Notes under the pieces: model-generated | Database searches by the model: none | What the model was told of the DNA's origin: nothing | The model's input: only the letters and a program-made list of their open reading frames with translations | Part shown: positions 30,272 through 39,747 of the stretch, in pieces | How the letters are laid out: the number at the start of each line of letters is the position of its first letter | How positions within the stretch are numbered: position 1 is the stretch's first letter | Origin: Halorussus marinus | GTDB taxonomy: Archaea; Halobacteriota; Halobacteria; Halobacteriales; Haladaptataceae | Length of the DNA stretch: 64,000 nt | Reading direction: 5' to 3' | Assembly: GCF_004765795.1 (NCBI RefSeq) | Contig: NZ_SBIV01000008.1 | Location: forward strand, 124,001 to 188,000 | Made by a program: the position numbers and the translations under genes

Positions 30272-31864
30272 CCGGGCGCCGATCCCCGAGATGACGCTGA
30301 CCTTGTCGTAGCCCGCGTCGGCCGCGAGGCCCTCGGCCTTCCCGAGGAGCTTCCGTCCGTATCCCTTGTGCTGCCAGTCGTGGCTCTCGTCGCCGACTTC
30401 GACCATGGGGCCGTAGACGTGGAGCTCCCGGACGAGCGCGGCGTCGGTGAGCTCCCGACGGACGGGGTCGCCCGGGAACCGGAGCCGACAGAACCCGATC
30501 AGGAGGTCCTTGTCGGGATCCTCGTAGCTGATGAAGTGTTCGGTGCCGCCCGCGGCCTCGTAGGTCGTGACGTCGAGTTCGACGTTCTCGGGGTTCTCGT
30601 CGTTCATCCCGACCTCTCGACACCGGATACAGTCACAGCTCCAGCCGTGCTCGTCCATGCGCTTTCGGGCGAGCTGGCGGAGGTTCGACTTCCAGACGCC
30701 GGCGTCGATGAAGTCGGCGGGGATATCGCGCTGGACCCGCTGGAGCCGGGTGTACTTCGGGATCATCGACTTGATCTCGGCGACGAGCTCGGCGGCCTCC
30801 TCGTTGGTGAGCGGGTCGTACTCGTCGCGGTGCCACCAGTCGTAGGTCGCGGTCCCGCGGACCACCAGCGTGGGGTAGATCTTGAGGTAGTCCGGGCGCC
30901 ACTTCTCGTCCTCGAACAGCCGCCGGAAGTCCTCCAGACACATCTCCTGGGACATGCCGGGCTGGCCGGGCATCATGTGGAACCCGACCTTGAACGCGGC
31001 GTCCCGGAGCCGCCGGTTCGCGTCGATCGACGCCTGCACGCCGTGGCCCCGGTGCATCTCGCGGTTGATTCGCTCGTAGGTGGTCTGGACGCCCACCTCG
31101 ACCTTCGTCCCGCCCAGATCGAGCATCCGGTCGATCTGCTCGGGATCACACCAGTCGGGCTTGGTCTCGAAGGTAGTGCCGATGTTGCGGACGTCGTTGG
31201 TCTCGTTTTCGGCGATGACGTCTTCGAGGTACCGGAACTCGACCTCGTCGGGGTCCTCGGCGAAGCTCTCGCCCTCGGCGGGCGCGGGCTCGCCGTTCAC
31301 GTCGTAGTCGTTCATTGCCTCCAGCGCGCGCTTGACGAACCACTCCTGGTAGTCGTGGCTCCGGGCGGTCATCGTCCCGCCCATCAGGATGAGCTCGACC
31401 TTGTCGACGGGGTGGCCGATCTCCCGGAGCTGTTCGAGCCGCAAGGTGACCTGTCCGTACGGGTCGTAGTCGTTCTGGACCCCGCGGGCGGCCGCCGGCT
31501 CGTGGCCGGTGTAGCTCTGCGAGGAGGAGAACTCCGAACCGGGCCCGCCCGGACAGTAGAGACACTTGCCGTGGGGACACTGGTGCGGGCTGGTCATGAT
31601 TGCGACCGGCGAGACGCCCGACGCGGTGCGGACGGGCTTGTTCTGGAGGACCTCCTGGAGGTCCTCGCGTCGCTCGTCGGGCGCGTAGTCGAGCAGTTCG
31701 GAGTTCTTCGGCACCTTCGGCGAGGAGAACTCCGAGCAGACCTCGAGCTTCGCACTCTCTAGGTCGTCGCGCTCGATGTCGTCGGCGAGGATGCGCTCGA
31801 CCAGCTCCTCACAGACCCGCTCGAACGCCTCGGTCTCGGTGGCGTCCGGCGTCTCGGTACTCAT
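30209..31864 (-). CDS. elp3: Elp3 radical SAM/GNAT tRNA uridine(34) acetyltransferase
   Basis: KPVRTASGV, CPHGKCLYCPGGP, YLKIYPTLV, QRVQRDIP, CDCIRCRE, RELHVYG, QHKGYG, VISGIGAREYY. Confidence 0.96.
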   Translation of the reverse strand: MSTETPDATETEAFERVCEELVERILADDIERDDLESAKLEVCSEFSSPKVPKNSELLDYAPDERREDLQEVLQNKPVRTASGVSPVAIMTSPHQCPHGKCLYCPGGPGSEFSSSQSYTGHEPAAARGVQNDYDPYGQVTLRLEQLREIGHPVDKVELILMGGTMTARSHDYQEWFVKRALEAMNDYDVNGEPAPAEGESFAEDPDEVEFRYLEDVIAENETNDVRNIGTTFETKPDWCDPEQIDRMLDLGGTKVEVGVQTTYERINREMHRGHGVQASIDANRRLRDAAFKVGFHMMPGQPGMSQEMCLEDFRRLFEDEKWRPDYLKIYPTLVVRGTATYDWWHRDEYDPLTNEEAAELVAEIKSMIPKYTRLQRVQRDIPADFIDAGVWKSNLRQLARKRMDEHGWSCDCIRCREVGMNDENPENVELDVTTYEAAGGTEHFISYEDPDKDLLIGFCRLRFPGDPVRRELTDAALVRELHVYGPMVEVGDESHDWQHKGYGRKLLGKAEGLAADAGYDKVSVISGIGAREYYREKLGYHQDGPYVSKRL

Positions 31865-32010
31865 TAGGTGCTAATTGGTCGGTTCGCCGGGATAAGGGTG
31901 TCGTCTACGGGTGCGCTCGGCGCCTCGACTCGGCCCTCGCGGACGGGTCGGCTCGGGCCTCGAAAGCCGAGTCCGCGCTCGAAAAGAGAGCTGAACCCGA
32001 ACCGGCCGAC

Positions 32011-34098
32011 TTACAGCCGGTCGGCGATGGCTTCGACGACGGCGTCCTCGGCGGCCTCGCGCTCGCCGGCGAGGAAGTCGATGGTGCCGTCGATGGTGCC
32101 CGACGCCGACAGGCCGGCCTCGGGGGCGATCTCGTCGGCGGCCGCCGCGACCTCGCGGGCGTTCACGCGACCGTCGCTCCGGATGTGGATGTCGTCCTCG
32201 TCGACGCCGAGGGTGACGTGGTCCTCGCCTGGGGCGCCCTCGGCGCCGAGCTTCCGGCGGTGGACCTCCTCGACCAGTAGGGCGGCCGGCGGGAAGTCGA
32301 ACCGGTGGGTGAACGACTCGGCGTCGAGGACGGTGAACGACACGTCGCCGACGCCCCGGACCGAGAGGTTCGGTTCGACGGTGTCGAGTTCGGTCTGGAG
32401 CTTCTGGCGGAACTGCTCGGCGACGTGCTCGGCGAGGTCGCGCTTCTCGTGTTCGAACAGGAGGTCGGTGATGAGCTCGCGTTTGTCCTCGTAGGACTGG
32501 TAGAACGCTTCGAGCGCGACCGCCTCGCGGAGCGCGGTGGTGTGGTCGGCGTCGTAGCCGGCCTCGTCGGCGAGGTCGACGTACGCCTGCGGGGCGTCCT
32601 CCCAGTAGCTGACCGCCGGGAGGTGAGAGACGCCGCTCCGGACGTCGTCGTTGACGTGGGCCGCGAGGTTCGCGCCCAGCGCGCCGACGGTCACGTCGCT
32701 CGCGTCGCCGCCGTCGAGGTGGGGGTTGACCGCCACGTCGGCGAGGTCGGCGACGCCCTCGTCGGGGAAGGTCGCGTCGACGGTGACCCGCGGCGCGTCG
32801 TAGATGTCGAGCAGTTCGAGACCGTCGCGGGACTCGTCGGTGCTTCCGGCGGCCGCCAGCACGAATAGCGGGAGCTTCTCGTCGTGGCGATCGCGGTTCT
32901 CCAGCATCTGGGTCACGTCCTTGGTGGCGTCGGCCATGTCGTAGTCGCCGCCCTCCAAGGGACGCCGGTCGAAGTAGTGGTACTCGGCGTCGCTTTTGGC
33001 GTGCTCGTCGCGGACCAGCGGGAGGACCGCCCGCTCGATGGCCGCGCCGGCCACGTAGCCGTCGGCGGTGGCGTTGTGCCGAACGATGACCGGCCGGGAC
33101 TCGATGACCGCCCGGCGGATCGCCTCGGCCGCGTCGCGGATGGTGTCGTGAACCGCCGCGACGCCGTCGTGGTCGGCGAGCAGTTCGACGTCCTCGGGGC
33201 GGGCCTCGTCGCGCAGGGCGTCTTCGAGCCGGGTTTCGACCGTCTCGCGGCCCTCACCGGTCAGCTTCTCGAGCTCCTCGGTCTCGACCTGAAGCTCGTT
33301 GTGGCGGAGTTCGACCTCGCCGTCGAGCCGGACGAAATCGCCCGTGTCGACCTCGGGGTAGGCCCGGACGCCGGCCTCGACGAACGCGGCGCAGTCGACG
33401 GTCGCGGTCTCGTCGCGGACCTCGAACACCGTCGGGCCGCTCGTCTGGCGGGCGCCGACGACCTCGCCCTCGATGCGGAGCGTCTCGCCGACCCGGTCGC
33501 GAAGCGACGCGATCTGGGCGCGGGGCGGGGCCGACTCGGTCTCCGAGTCGGCGTCGGCGCCGACGGCGTTCGCGCCGGCGCCGTCGGTGGTCGCCTGCTG
33601 GCCGTCGTCGGCGTCGTCGGTCTCGTCGGTGTCGGTCCCGCGGTCGGCGTCGGTCTCGTCGGGCTCGGCGCGGCGAGTCGACGCCGACACCGCCCCGTCG
33701 TCGTCATCGTCGGACTCGTCGGCGGGGACCGCCCCGCGCTCGGGGTCGTCGATCAGCTTCCCGCGGAACTCGCGCTCGGACTGGCGGAGCGACCAGCCGA
33801 GGTCGACGTTACCGTTGTCGCGGACGCCGGTAACTTGGACGAACACGGTCTCGCCGTCGTCCCAGTCGAGCGAGTCGAGACGGCGGTCGAGCTCGCTCTT
33901 GTGGAGGAGCCCCGTAACGTGGTCGCTGATGTTGATGAACACGCCGAACTCGGCGAACCCGTCGACTGTTCCTTTGTAGTAGCGACCCGAGGTCAGCTGA
34001 TCGGGCGAATCGCCGGCAAACTCGAAGAGGACGTCCTGCTCGTGGCTCTGACAGATCGCGCCGTCGGCAGGAGTCCCGCAGATGATACACGAACCCAT
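32011..34098 (-). CDS. RecJ-like DHH-superfamily protein with S1 and OB domains (RecJ4-like, degenerate active site)
   Basis: ATG 34098 MGSCIICG; S1 (FGVF...GLLHKSEL), OB ([16 protein letters not shown]), DHH-like region, FPPAALL. Confidence 0.82.
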   Translation of the reverse strand: MGSCIICGTPADGAICQSHEQDVLFEFAGDSPDQLTSGRYYKGTVDGFAEFGVFINISDHVTGLLHKSELDRRLDSLDWDDGETVFVQVTGVRDNGNVDLGWSLRQSEREFRGKLIDDPERGAVPADESDDDDDGAVSASTRRAEPDETDADRGTDTDETDDADDGQQATTDGAGANAVGADADSETESAPPRAQIASLRDRVGETLRIEGEVVGARQTSGPTVFEVRDETATVDCAAFVEAGVRAYPEVDTGDFVRLDGEVELRHNELQVETEELEKLTGEGRETVETRLEDALRDEARPEDVELLADHDGVAAVHDTIRDAAEAIRRAVIESRPVIVRHNATADGYVAGAAIERAVLPLVRDEHAKSDAEYHYFDRRPLEGGDYDMADATKDVTQMLENRDRHDEKLPLFVLAAAGSTDESRDGLELLDIYDAPRVTVDATFPDEGVADLADVAVNPHLDGGDASDVTVGALGANLAAHVNDDVRSGVSHLPAVSYWEDAPQAYVDLADEAGYDADHTTALREAVALEAFYQSYEDKRELITDLLFEHEKRDLAEHVAEQFRQKLQTELDTVEPNLSVRGVGDVSFTVLDAESFTHRFDFPPAALLVEEVHRRKLGAEGAPGEDHVTLGVDEDDIHIRSDGRVNAREVAAAADEIAPEAGLSASGTIDGTIDFLAGEREAAEDAVVEAIADRL

Positions 34099-34151
34099 CT
34101 TATACGCGAGCAAAATAGCCCCGGCCTAAAACTGTTGTCGAAATCCTCGGG

Positions 34152-34361
34152 CTACTCCTCGAACGCCTCGACCCCCGGGAGGTCGGCGATGCCGTCGTGG
34201 GTGCCGAGGTAGTCGGCGTCGGCGACCGCCGCCGCGAACGCCTCGACGCTCGGATACTCCCGAACCGCGAGGACGCGACCCTCCTCGACCGCGAAGACGA
34301 TCTCGTCGGTGCCGTCGCCGTGCTGGTAGTGGTCGGCCTGCTGTGGGTCGTCTGGCTCCAT
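34152..34361 (-). CDS. small acidic hypothetical protein (69 aa)
   Basis: MEPDDPQQADHYQH...GRVLAVREYPS; TATA-like TTCAAG about 25 nt upstream. Confidence 0.65.
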   Translation of the reverse strand: MEPDDPQQADHYQHGDGTDEIVFAVEEGRVLAVREYPSVEAFAAAVADADYLGTHDGIADLPGVEAFEE

Positions 34362-34506
34362 CGACAGTAGTCGCGACGCCGAGGCCCTTGAACCTTGGCG
34401 GCGTCGAACGTCCCGTCCGATCGACGGCTCGGCGAACCGCCGCGCGATCCCCGGACGAGGCCGCGCCATCGCCGGGGTTAAGCCGGGCGAGCGCCCACGG
34501 TCGGCC

Positions 34507-35013
34507 ATGTTCCGACCCGGCCACTACGGGGTCTCGCTGGTCCTGTACGCCCCCGTGGGGTGTTGGCTCCTCGTGCTCGGCGAGCCAACCGCCGCGCTGG
34601 CGGGCGGGGCCGCGCTGTTGTGGCTCGCGATGCTCCCCGACTGGGACTCCCGGCTCCCGTTCGTCTCCCACCGCGGACCGACCCACACGCTCCCGTTCGG
34701 GGCGTTGGTCGCCGGCGCCGGGTGGGTCGCGGCGACCGCGTCCGGGTTCGGCTCGGCCCCGATCGGGCCGATCGACCTCCGGACGTTCGCGGCCGGCATC
34801 GGCGGGCTCGCCGTCCTCGCGCACCTCGCGGCCGACCTGCTCACGCCGATGGGCGTCGCCCTCCTCTGGCCGGCGACGGGTCGCCGGTACACGGTGTCTC
34901 TGTGCCGGGCGGACAACCGCCTCGCGAACGCCGCGCTGTTCGCGCTCGGGGTGTTCGCCGCCGCGAGCGCGACGTACCTCGGAGTCGTGCTGTTCGCCGG
35001 CGGACCGACGTAG
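34507..35013 (+). CDS. membrane-bound metal-dependent hydrolase (YdjM family)
   Basis: GH, LPDWD, HRGPTHT, HLAADLLTPMG. Confidence 0.88.
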   Translation: MFRPGHYGVSLVLYAPVGCWLLVLGEPTAALAGGAALLWLAMLPDWDSRLPFVSHRGPTHTLPFGALVAGAGWVAATASGFGSAPIGPIDLRTFAAGIGGLAVLAHLAADLLTPMGVALLWPATGRRYTVSLCRADNRLANAALFALGVFAAASATYLGVVLFAGGPT

Positions 35014-35087
35014 CGCCCGCGACGGGCGACCCTCGCGGCGGTCGTGAGACCGGACCGGGCGGCCGACGCGCGATCCGAACCGGGAAC

Positions 35088-35504
35088 CTAGAACTCCGAG
35101 AGCGTCGCGCTCGCCGACGCCCGGCGGAGGGTCAGCCCTTCGTCGGCCGCGGCGGCGGTGAGGTACTCGCGCAAGCGCCCCGAGTCGTCGCCGAGCCGGA
35201 CGCTTCCCGTCTCGTGGTCGAACTCGACCGCACCGGCGTCGTCGAGCTTTGGCAGGTGGACGTGCCGGAGCGCGGTGGCGACGCGGGGGAGTTCGACGCC
35301 CTCGCGGGTCGCCACCTCGTCGGCGAGCGCCGAGACCTGAATCGGGCCGGGACGCCGGTACAACACGTACAGCGCGTTCCGTCGGCGCTCCGACCGCAAC
35401 ATCTCGAAGACCGCGTCCAGCGACCGATCGCGCGAGCCATGGCCCGCCCCGGACGGCTCGCTTGTCTGTTGTACCCCGGCAAAGGTGTTGGGAGTCTGAC
35501 CCAT
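35088..35504 (-). CDS. haloarchaeal winged-HTH protein (DUF7344-like)
   Basis: FEMLRSERRR.AL..L...LADEVA...LRHVHLPKLDDAGAVEFD; strong TATA TTTATAA upstream. Confidence 0.8.
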   Translation of the reverse strand: MGQTPNTFAGVQQTSEPSGAGHGSRDRSLDAVFEMLRSERRRNALYVLYRRPGPIQVSALADEVATREGVELPRVATALRHVHLPKLDDAGAVEFDHETGSVRLGDDSGRLREYLTAAAADEGLTLRRASASATLSEF

Positions 35505-35584
35505 GACTCTAGCGGCCGTATGTAGACCTTCATTATAAATCTACGTAGAACTGGCACGTCCGTGAAAATTTCCTCGTCGTGATA

Positions 35585-35731
35585 TTACCACTCCCGATAG
35601 CTGAGTTCGTCGGCCTTGTTCGTGACCGCCCGCATCATACAGCCGTGACACACCCACAGGTCAGCGCCGGTCCGCGCGACCAGTCTGGTGCCGTCGGATT
35701 TGCGCTCCTCGCAGACGTCACACAACCGCAT
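35585..35731 (-). CDS. small zinc-finger microprotein (48 aa, two CxxC)
   Basis: MRLCDVCEERKSDGTRLVARTGADLWVCHGCMMRAVTNKADELSYREW; TTGAAA box about 24 nt before the ATG. Confidence 0.6.
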   Translation of the reverse strand: MRLCDVCEERKSDGTRLVARTGADLWVCHGCMMRAVTNKADELSYREW

Positions 35732-35842
35732 AGCTCCGGTTCGGCGCCGGAGGGTTTCAATCTCTCGCCCGGAGTCCCGGCGCCGGGGCGTCGGCTGTCG
35801 GACACGCGCAAGCCCTAACGGGCTCGCGCCCCTACGGATGGT

Positions 35843-36247
35843 ATGAGCGGAGAGGCGACCGACGACGTGCCCGAGACCGACGCCGAGTGGCGCGAGCGAC
35901 TGACCGACGAGGAGTACCGCGTGCTCCGCGAGCAGGGGACCGAGCGCCCGTTCTCCGGCGAGCACGTCGACCGCAAAGACGACGGCACGTACGCCTGTGC
36001 GGGCTGTGGGGCCGAACTGTTCGATTCGGACACCAAGTTCGAGTCGAACTGCGGGTGGCCCAGTTTCTACGACACCGACGACGACCGCATCGAGACCCGC
36101 GAGGACCGGTCCAACGGCATGGTCCGGACCGAGGTCGTCTGCGCGAACTGCGGCGGTCACCTCGGCCACGTCTTCGACGACGGCCCGGAGCCGACCGGCA
36201 AGCGCTACTGCATCAACTCGGTCGCGATGGACTTCGAGGGGGAGTGA
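35843..36247 (+). CDS. msrB: peptide-methionine (R)-S-oxide reductase
   Basis: [41 protein letters not shown]. Confidence 0.96.
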   Translation: MSGEATDDVPETDAEWRERLTDEEYRVLREQGTERPFSGEHVDRKDDGTYACAGCGAELFDSDTKFESNCGWPSFYDTDDDRIETREDRSNGMVRTEVVCANCGGHLGHVFDDGPEPTGKRYCINSVAMDFEGE

Positions 36248-36334
36248 CCCGCGGCGCGTCGCTCGACTCGGCGGCGATCACCGAGCGGCGACGAGCGCGC
36301 TTGCGCCCGCACCGTCCGGGACTGTCGCGCGAGA

Positions 36335-36571
36335 CTACACTCGCAACCGGACCGTCTGCTCGGTGATATCGGTCACGTAGCTGTCTTCGAGCCGGTGGAC
36401 GTCCTGGTTCACCTGTCCGTCCCAGCCGAGTTGGGACACCGCGTCCCGGTCGGCGTCGGGGTCGACGCCGACGTGGAGGTCCCCGTCGCGCACGTCCTCG
36501 ACCGTCCCCAGCCGCGTTCCGTTCTGGGCGAGGACCCGCTTGCCGACGTGGTCGTCGGAGAACGCCGCCAT
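36335..36571 (-). CDS. small PRC-barrel-like protein
   Basis: HVGKRV...G..LGTVEDV; ATG 5 bp after the catalase stop. Confidence 0.65.
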   Translation of the reverse strand: MAAFSDDHVGKRVLAQNGTRLGTVEDVRDGDLHVGVDPDADRDAVSQLGWDGQVNQDVHRLEDSYVTDITEQTVRLRV

Positions 36572-36576
36572 GGCGA

Positions 36577-37386
36577 TCAGTTGACCTCGTTGTGCATCTC
36601 CTCGATTGCCTTTTCGAGGTCGGGTTCGCCCCCGCCGGGCTGGCGGCCGAACGAGAACTCCCCTTTACCGTCGAACGACGTGCCGGTGGTCCAGGGCTGT
36701 TCGGGGTCCTCGTGCTCCTCGCGGAACGTGGACATGAACTCGTAGTTGAACTCCTGGTTCTCTTTCTCTTGAGGGAAACTAGCCGGGACCGGGACGTGTT
36801 CGCCGAGGCTCTCGAGGGCGGCGTGCCACTGGTTCTGGTGCATGGTGTCCCGCGCGATCAGATACGACAGCATGTCCTCCATACCCGGGTCGTCGGTGAT
36901 CTCGTAGAGCCGGCTGGCGAGCAGTCGCCCGGTCGACTCGGCCATCACGTTGGCGTACATGTCGGCCGCGAGGTTGCCGCTGGCGACGACGTAGTTGCCG
37001 GTGAACGGGGCGCCGTTGGCGTCGACCGGCATCGCGTTGAGCCCGGCCGAGAGGGCTTGGCGCGGTTGACCGCCGCTCAGCATCATGTCGATCACGGCGT
37101 CGTCGCGGGCCTGCTCGCGGACCTCCTCGGGCGCGCCTTCGAGGTTCTTCGCGATGGCGGTCGCGAGCATCTCGATGTGGCCCAGCTCCTCGACCGCGGT
37201 CTCCATCAGCAGGGTGCGGTACTCGGACATCTCCTTGGGCACGCCGAACGCCTGAAACATGTACTGGAGCGCGACCCGCATCTCGCCCTCGGCCCCGCCG
37301 ACCGCCTGCTGGAGCATCTTCGCGAAGTACGGATCCGGTTCCTCGACCTCGACCTCGTACTGCAGTTCGTTGTCGTGGAAGAACAT
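36577..37386 (-). CDS. manganese catalase
   Basis: ATG 37386; GGAEGEM..ALQY, EELGHIEM, ANVMAES, LIARDTMHQNQW. Confidence 0.93.
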   Translation of the reverse strand: MFFHDNELQYEVEVEEPDPYFAKMLQQAVGGAEGEMRVALQYMFQAFGVPKEMSEYRTLLMETAVEELGHIEMLATAIAKNLEGAPEEVREQARDDAVIDMMLSGGQPRQALSAGLNAMPVDANGAPFTGNYVVASGNLAADMYANVMAESTGRLLASRLYEITDDPGMEDMLSYLIARDTMHQNQWHAALESLGEHVPVPASFPQEKENQEFNYEFMSTFREEHEDPEQPWTTGTSFDGKGEFSFGRQPGGGEPDLEKAIEEMHNEVN

Positions 37387-37513
37387 TCCGGGAACTGTTG
37401 CTACGCTAACGTTCTTAACGGTCGTGGCCACGTCTCACGATCCATTAATAACGGGCCTGATACCCGGACTCCCCGAGGCTTATGCGTGTCGGCCGGGTAC
37501 TATCGACCGTCGC

Positions 37514-38044
37514 ATGGAGGGAGCCGCCCAGCGGACGGGAACCGAGAAGCGCGAGTACGAGCGACTTCGGGCCAGCAAAAAGCGGCGCACGGGCAACGAG
37601 GAGGTCGCGACGGTTCGGGACGTGTTCGTCGGCGAGGAGCGGGTCGTCCTCACGCTCGGGTTCGAGTGGACGACCGACACCGAGCGGCTCGCCTACGATC
37701 TGGCCGACGACCGCGACGTCCTCAAGCTGGAGGCGCTCGCCGAGTCGCAGGGCTTCGAGTTCGAGCACGTCTCGTTTCTGGAGGGCGAGCGCTTGCCGGT
37801 GGTCGCCACCGAGGGCGGCTGGGTGCCGAGCGCCCACCGGGGGTACGCCCCCGACGAGGGGTCGGTCCGGGAGACGTTCGTCACCGAGTGCAGACTGCTG
37901 GCCCGCGAACTGGCTCAGACGCCCGGCGTCTTTCGCCGGCTGGTCCGGATCGGCCGGACGATGACCACCAGACAGCTGATCATCGCGGTCATCGTCGTCA
38001 AGAAGCTCCTCATCGTGGCGCTGGTGGCGTGGCTGGTGCTGTGA
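37514..38044 (+). CDS. hypothetical protein with C-terminal TM helix
   Basis: ATG 37514; acidic domain then hydrophobic tail. Confidence 0.6.
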   Translation: MEGAAQRTGTEKREYERLRASKKRRTGNEEVATVRDVFVGEERVVLTLGFEWTTDTERLAYDLADDRDVLKLEALAESQGFEFEHVSFLEGERLPVVATEGGWVPSAHRGYAPDEGSVRETFVTECRLLARELAQTPGVFRRLVRIGRTMTTRQLIIAVIVVKKLLIVALVAWLVL

Positions 38045-38087
38045 TCCGGACCAAACCGTTTTGTCGGGGTCGGCCGTGTGTCGCGCC

Positions 38088-38477
38088 ATGTCGAACCCGG
38101 TTCCCGAGGCCGCCGAACAGCTCCTGACCAGCGAGCCGCTGATGGCCCACTTCGGGACGTGTGCCGACGGCCGCCCGCACGTCGCCCCGGTGTGGTACCA
38201 CTACGACGACGGCGTCGTGGAGGTGCTGACCGGCGGCCGGAAGCTCGCGAACGTCCGACAGAACCCGCGGGTCGCGATCTCGGTCCAGAAAGACGAGGGC
38301 GGGCGCGCCGAGTGGATGGTGTCGCTCCGCGGCACCGCGACCGTCCTCGAAGACGAGGACGCCCGCCGCGAGGCCGCCGCCCGCATCAACCCGAAGTACG
38401 ACGCCGACCCCGACGAGTACCCCGAGAACCTGCTGGTCCGGGTCGAGGTCGGGTCCGCGAGCTACCAGACCTACTAG
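38088..38477 (+). CDS. pyridoxamine 5'-phosphate oxidase-like (PPOX/F420-binding) protein
   Basis: T..DGRPHVAPVWY, RKLANVRQNPRVAISV. Confidence 0.85.
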   Translation: MSNPVPEAAEQLLTSEPLMAHFGTCADGRPHVAPVWYHYDDGVVEVLTGGRKLANVRQNPRVAISVQKDEGGRAEWMVSLRGTATVLEDEDARREAAARINPKYDADPDEYPENLLVRVEVGSASYQTY

Positions 38478-39583
38478 TCGATCGGGAACCGGAGGAGCGC
38501 GCCCGCGCCCCCGAACCCGTCGCGGAACTGGACGCCCCGCTCGAAGTCCTCGGGGACGACCAGACAGTCCCCGCCCGCTTCGGTCGCACGCTCCTGTAAC
38601 TCCCGGACATCGGCGATCGATTGGGCCCCGGAGACCAGCAGGGTCTCGACCGCGTCGTACTCCAGCGCCGTCTCCACGTCCTCGCGGCCGTAGACGACGT
38701 CCCCGTCGTCGCCGTCGTGAAGCGCCTCGAAGAAGCGATCGAGCGCCGCGTCGGTCTCGCGGCGTTCCTCGTCTTCGATGCGATCCGTGGCCTTCTCGGC
38801 GAGTTCGCGGAGCCCCTGCTCGGAGGCGTACTCGACCGAGAACGTGTCGACCAGCGCCTCGCGGAGGCGGTGATCGAGGTGGTCGCCCTCCCGGAAGTCC
38901 TCGGCCGTGACGGTCGTTCCGCCGAGCACCAGCCCCTCGACCGTCGTCTCGGCGCTGGCCGACTCGGCGGCGTGCTCGCCGAGGAACGCCCGCCGGGCCT
39001 CGTCGGCGACCGTCTCGAAGAACTCCTCTTTCTGGCGTTCGCGGTCGCGCTCGAACCGGTCGGCCGACTGGCCGCCGGCCTTCGTCTTGCCCATCACGTC
39101 GCTGTCGATCGTCTCGACGACCGTCACCGAGTCGCCGGCGGTCAGACCGAGCGCCGCGCCGCCGCGCTCGACCACCAGCAGGCCGTAGGTGCCCGACGAC
39201 TCGGCGACCGCGTCGAGCGGACCGGGGTCGAACTCGTTGTCCCGGACGTACTGGTACTCCGGGACCGGCGTCGGCAAGTCGTCGAAGACGTAGTCGACGA
39301 CCTCGCCGTCGACGACCCCCGCGTAGACGACGAGCCCGGATTCGGGAGTCCCGTCGTACCCCTGCACGACCCGCCGGACGCGTTCGAGCGCCCGACGAAC
39401 CGCCTTGTCGGACTCGTCGGCGTCGATGTACTCGGCTTGGGCCCGATCTTCCTCGATCCGTTCGAGCGCCGCCCCGAGGGACTCGTCGGGCGGCACCGCG
39501 AGGGTCACCAGATCGTCGCCGTTCGCGCTCGCCGCCCGAACGCGTTCGATGCGCTCGCGGAGCTCGTGGCTCTCGACGTTCAT
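38474..39583 (-). CDS. aRF1/eRF1-like paralogue with GGQ motif (candidate peptidyl-tRNA hydrolase)
   Basis: ATG 39583; three eRF1-like domains, VMGKTKAGGQSADRFER, FGGAGALLRF; NIKS and YxCxxxF degenerate. Confidence 0.85.
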   Translation of the reverse strand: MNVESHELRERIERVRAASANGDDLVTLAVPPDESLGAALERIEEDRAQAEYIDADESDKAVRRALERVRRVVQGYDGTPESGLVVYAGVVDGEVVDYVFDDLPTPVPEYQYVRDNEFDPGPLDAVAESSGTYGLLVVERGGAALGLTAGDSVTVVETIDSDVMGKTKAGGQSADRFERDRERQKEEFFETVADEARRAFLGEHAAESASAETTVEGLVLGGTTVTAEDFREGDHLDHRLREALVDTFSVEYASEQGLRELAEKATDRIEDEERRETDAALDRFFEALHDGDDGDVVYGREDVETALEYDAVETLLVSGAQSIADVRELQERATEAGGDCLVVPEDFERGVQFRDGFGGAGALLRFPID

Positions 39584-39747
39584 CGGCGATCGGCTACCCT
39601 CCCGCGGAGGGTCGGGGCTGTCTCGTCGGCGGGCGCCGGCCGGGAGTCGAGTGGGTCGTCCATCGTCGGGGTGACGACCCGGCGGGTCAAAGGCCTGCGG
39701 GCCGGAACGAGCCGACTCGCCTCGCGACACTGCCGCGCACTCGGAAC

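Noticed and set aside
30078..30623. 181-aa ORF ending in the duplicated Elp3 C-terminus
   Set aside because: An off-frame read of elp3 that enters the repeat because the 131-bp offset is not a multiple of 3. There is no independent coding signal.
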